64,000 bases of DNA, taken from positions 357,334 through 421,333 of the forward strand of contig JAXLYG010000005.1 in assembly GCA_046351535.1 (NCBI GenBank). The letters run 5' to 3'. The notes under the pieces are model-generated. The model was given only the letters and a program-made list of their open reading frames with translations. It was not told the origin of the DNA and did not search any database. This DNA is from Polyangiales bacterium. Its GTDB lineage: Bacteria; Myxococcota_A; Polyangia; Polyangiales; Ga0077539. The translations under genes were made by a program, and so were the position numbers. Below are positions 62,298 to 64,000 of this stretch, in pieces (position 1 is the first letter of the stretch; the number at the start of each line of letters is the position of its first letter).

Positions 62298-62734
62298 TGA
62301 CACGACGCATGCGAACCATCACCCGGCTCCTCTCGGCGCTCGCGCTGGCGGCGCTGCTCTGCGCGTCGCTCGTCGCGCCGCGCGCGTCGATCGCCTCGCC
62401 CCACGACCCGAGCGCGCTCACGCTCACCGGGCAGACGACGGGCGGCTCCTTCGGCGGCTCCTCCTGGGGGAGCGGTTCGTCGAGTTCGTCATCGAGCTCG
62501 TCGTCGAGCTCGTCGTCGAGCTCGTCGAGCTGGTCGTCGGGTGGATCGTCGTCGAGCGGCGGATCGTCGTCGAGCGGCGGGTCGGGCTCGATCTTCGACC
62601 TCCTCGTGCTGATCTTCGAACTGGGGCGGCTCCTCGTGTGGGCCTACTCGGTCAACGTGTTCTTCGGCCTCGCGGTCACCGCGGCCATCCTCGGCTTCAT
62701 CGGCTGGGTGTTGTTCTCTCCTTCCAAGAAGTAG
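62297..62734 (+). CDS. Small secreted Ser/Gly-rich protein with C-terminal TM anchor
   Basis: ATG overlaps the upstream stop. Signal peptide, SSSSSSSSSSSSSSSS/GGSSSSGGS low complexity, C-terminal hydrophobic helix. Confidence 0.45.
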   Translation: MTRRMRTITRLLSALALAALLCASLVAPRASIASPHDPSALTLTGQTTGGSFGGSSWGSGSSSSSSSSSSSSSSSSSSWSSGGSSSSGGSSSSGGSGSIFDLLVLIFELGRLLVWAYSVNVFFGLAVTAAILGFIGWVLFSPSKK

Positions 62735-62741
62735 CCACGCC

Positions 62742-63173
62742 GTGTCTTCACCCACGCCCCCATCGCCGCCGCCCGAGCACGAGTTCTCGACCTCCGACGA
62801 GGCGGTCTTCGTCGACGTCGCCCGCGGGGCACGCTTCACGGGGAGCGTCGCCGTCGCCCTCGGCGCGCTCCTCGCGCTCGGCGGCCTCGCGGGCCTCGCG
62901 CGGCCCACGGCGATGCTCTCGGCGCGCGCCTCGCTCGCGGCCTCCGTCGCGGGCGTCGTCACCGGCGTCGCCGCGGCCTGGGCGGGCTCGCAGCTCGTGT
63001 CTGCGTCGCGCGACCTCCACGCCGTCGCCGGGACGCGCGGTCGCGACGTCGCCCATCTCATGCGCGGCGTCCGCGGGCTCCGAGGCGCCTTCGCGGCGGT
63101 GGCGGTGATGCTCGTCGTCGCGGTGGTCGCGGCGGCGCTCACGGCCCTCTCGCTCCTGCCTCACGGAGGCTGA
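62742..63173 (+). CDS. Hypothetical membrane protein (paralog 1)
   Basis: N-terminal EHEFSTSDEAVF motif, three hydrophobic segments. Confidence 0.4.
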   Translation: MSSPTPPSPPPEHEFSTSDEAVFVDVARGARFTGSVAVALGALLALGGLAGLARPTAMLSARASLAASVAGVVTGVAAAWAGSQLVSASRDLHAVAGTRGRDVAHLMRGVRGLRGAFAAVAVMLVVAVVAAALTALSLLPHGG

Positions 63174-63175
63174 CC

Positions 63176-63598
63176 ATGCGCGACGACAGCACGCCTTCGG
63201 GCTACGAGTTCTCGCCCGCCGACGGCCGTGACTTCGACGCGCTCGGCGCGGCCCTCGCGCGCGGCGGCGCGCTGCTCTACGTGCTCTCGCCGCTGCTCGT
63301 GGCGCTGGCCTTCGAGGCGCTCCTCACGCTGCGCGCGCTCGGCCCCGGCGCCTCGATCCTCGGGGTGCTCGCGGGCGCCTCGCTCGGCGCGGCCTTCATC
63401 GCCGCGGTGCTCGCGCGCTGGATGCGCCGCGCTGCGAAGCACTGCGTCGCCGTCGCGACGACCTCGGGTGACGACCTCACGCACGCGCTCGACGCGATGC
63501 GCTCGGTGGGCGCGGTGATGCGCGTGCTGCGCGGCGCCGTCGTCGCGGTGGGGGCGCTCATCGCGGTGGCGCTCGTGGCGCGGCTCACGCGGATGTGA
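63176..63598 (+). CDS. Hypothetical membrane protein (paralog 2 of the preceding gene)
   Basis: N-terminal GYEFSPADGRDF motif parallel to the preceding gene, same hydropathy layout. Start 3 nt after the preceding stop. Confidence 0.4.
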   Translation: MRDDSTPSGYEFSPADGRDFDALGAALARGGALLYVLSPLLVALAFEALLTLRALGPGASILGVLAGASLGAAFIAAVLARWMRRAAKHCVAVATTSGDDLTHALDAMRSVGAVMRVLRGAVVAVGALIAVALVARLTRM

Positions 63599-63607
63599 CG
63601 CGGGGCG

Positions 63608-64000
63608 CTACTTCAGCAGCGCCGAGAACGCGCTCGCCGCGGGGGAGAGCGGGCGCCCGAGCTTGCTGATCACCGCGAGCCTGCGGTGGATGGTGAGCCC
63701 GCGCACCTCGACCACCTCGACGCCCGTGTCGCGCCCCTCGACGCCGAGCTGGCTGACGAAGGCGAGGCTCTGCGTGTGGGCCACCATCTCGAGCGTGGCC
63801 GCGATGGAGCGGAGCTCCATCTGCACGTTGACCTCGACGTCGGCCTCGCGCAGCGCCGTGTCGATGAGCTGACGGATCGCGCTGCCCGCTTCGAAGCCCA
63901 CGAAGGCGTGGCCCGCGAGGTCTTTGACGTCGACGCGGCGACGGCGGGCGAGGGGGTGGTCGGGCGCCGCCACGAGCACGATGCGGTCGCGCCGCAGGGG
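63608..64000 (-). CDS. LysR-family transcriptional regulator, C-terminal substrate-binding domain only (gene continues beyond the window)
   Basis: LysR_substrate-like sequence (LVAAPDHPLARRRRVDVKDLAGHAFVGFEAGSAIRQLID...). ORF open to the window end. Confidence 0.7.
   Translation of the reverse strand, partial: PLRRDRIVLVAAPDHPLARRRRVDVKDLAGHAFVGFEAGSAIRQLIDTALREADVEVNVQMELRSIAATLEMVAHTQSLAFVSQLGVEGRDTGVEVVEVRGLTIHRRLAVISKLGRPLSPAASAFSALLK

Overview
This is a very high-GC (about 70%) chromosomal window with dense, overlapping genes and frequent GTG starts, most consistent with a myxobacterium (Myxococcota, Sorangiineae-like). No rRNA, tRNA, CRISPR array, transposase or integrase was recognised. 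Many long six-frame ORFs are antisense artefacts of the GC content.

Core metabolism includes pyruvate phosphate dikinase, pyruvate kinase, adenosylhomocysteinase, pyruvate/2-oxoacid dehydrogenase E1 alpha and beta, a seven-gene CoA-dependent acid catabolic operon, an ABC-2 exporter and two SDRs.

Accessory content includes:
- a two-gene ABC-ATPase plus retron-type HNH nuclease module (Septu-like anti-phage system) preceded by a 21-bp tandem repeat array;
- a divergent regulator/MOT1-type molybdate transporter pair next to a selenocysteine (in-frame TGA) formate dehydrogenase whose Fe-S N-terminal module is a separate gene downstream of a frameshifted NuoE-NuoF-like diaphorase gene;
- a large REP/MITE-like inverted-repeat cluster inside that operon;
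- a translationally coupled cassette downstream of ppdK (hypothetical protein, formylglycine-generating-enzyme homolog, radical SAM/SPASM enzyme with an N-terminal PqqD-like RRE domain) that looks like an uncharacterised peptide/protein modification system;
- a cGAS/DncV-like (SMODS-type) nucleotidyltransferase next to a membrane-anchored NlpC/P60-like protein and a PilZ-like protein;
- a 230-bp MITE-like element with perfect 15-bp terminal inverted repeats;
- several myxobacterial-type secreted repeat proteins (Cys-rich repeat lipoprotein, BNR lipoprotein, coiled-coil lipoprotein, Ser/Thr kinase with TPR/PEGA partner).

Two genes carry apparent frameshifts (fdsB-like, methyltransferase with regulatory domain); these may be assembly errors.
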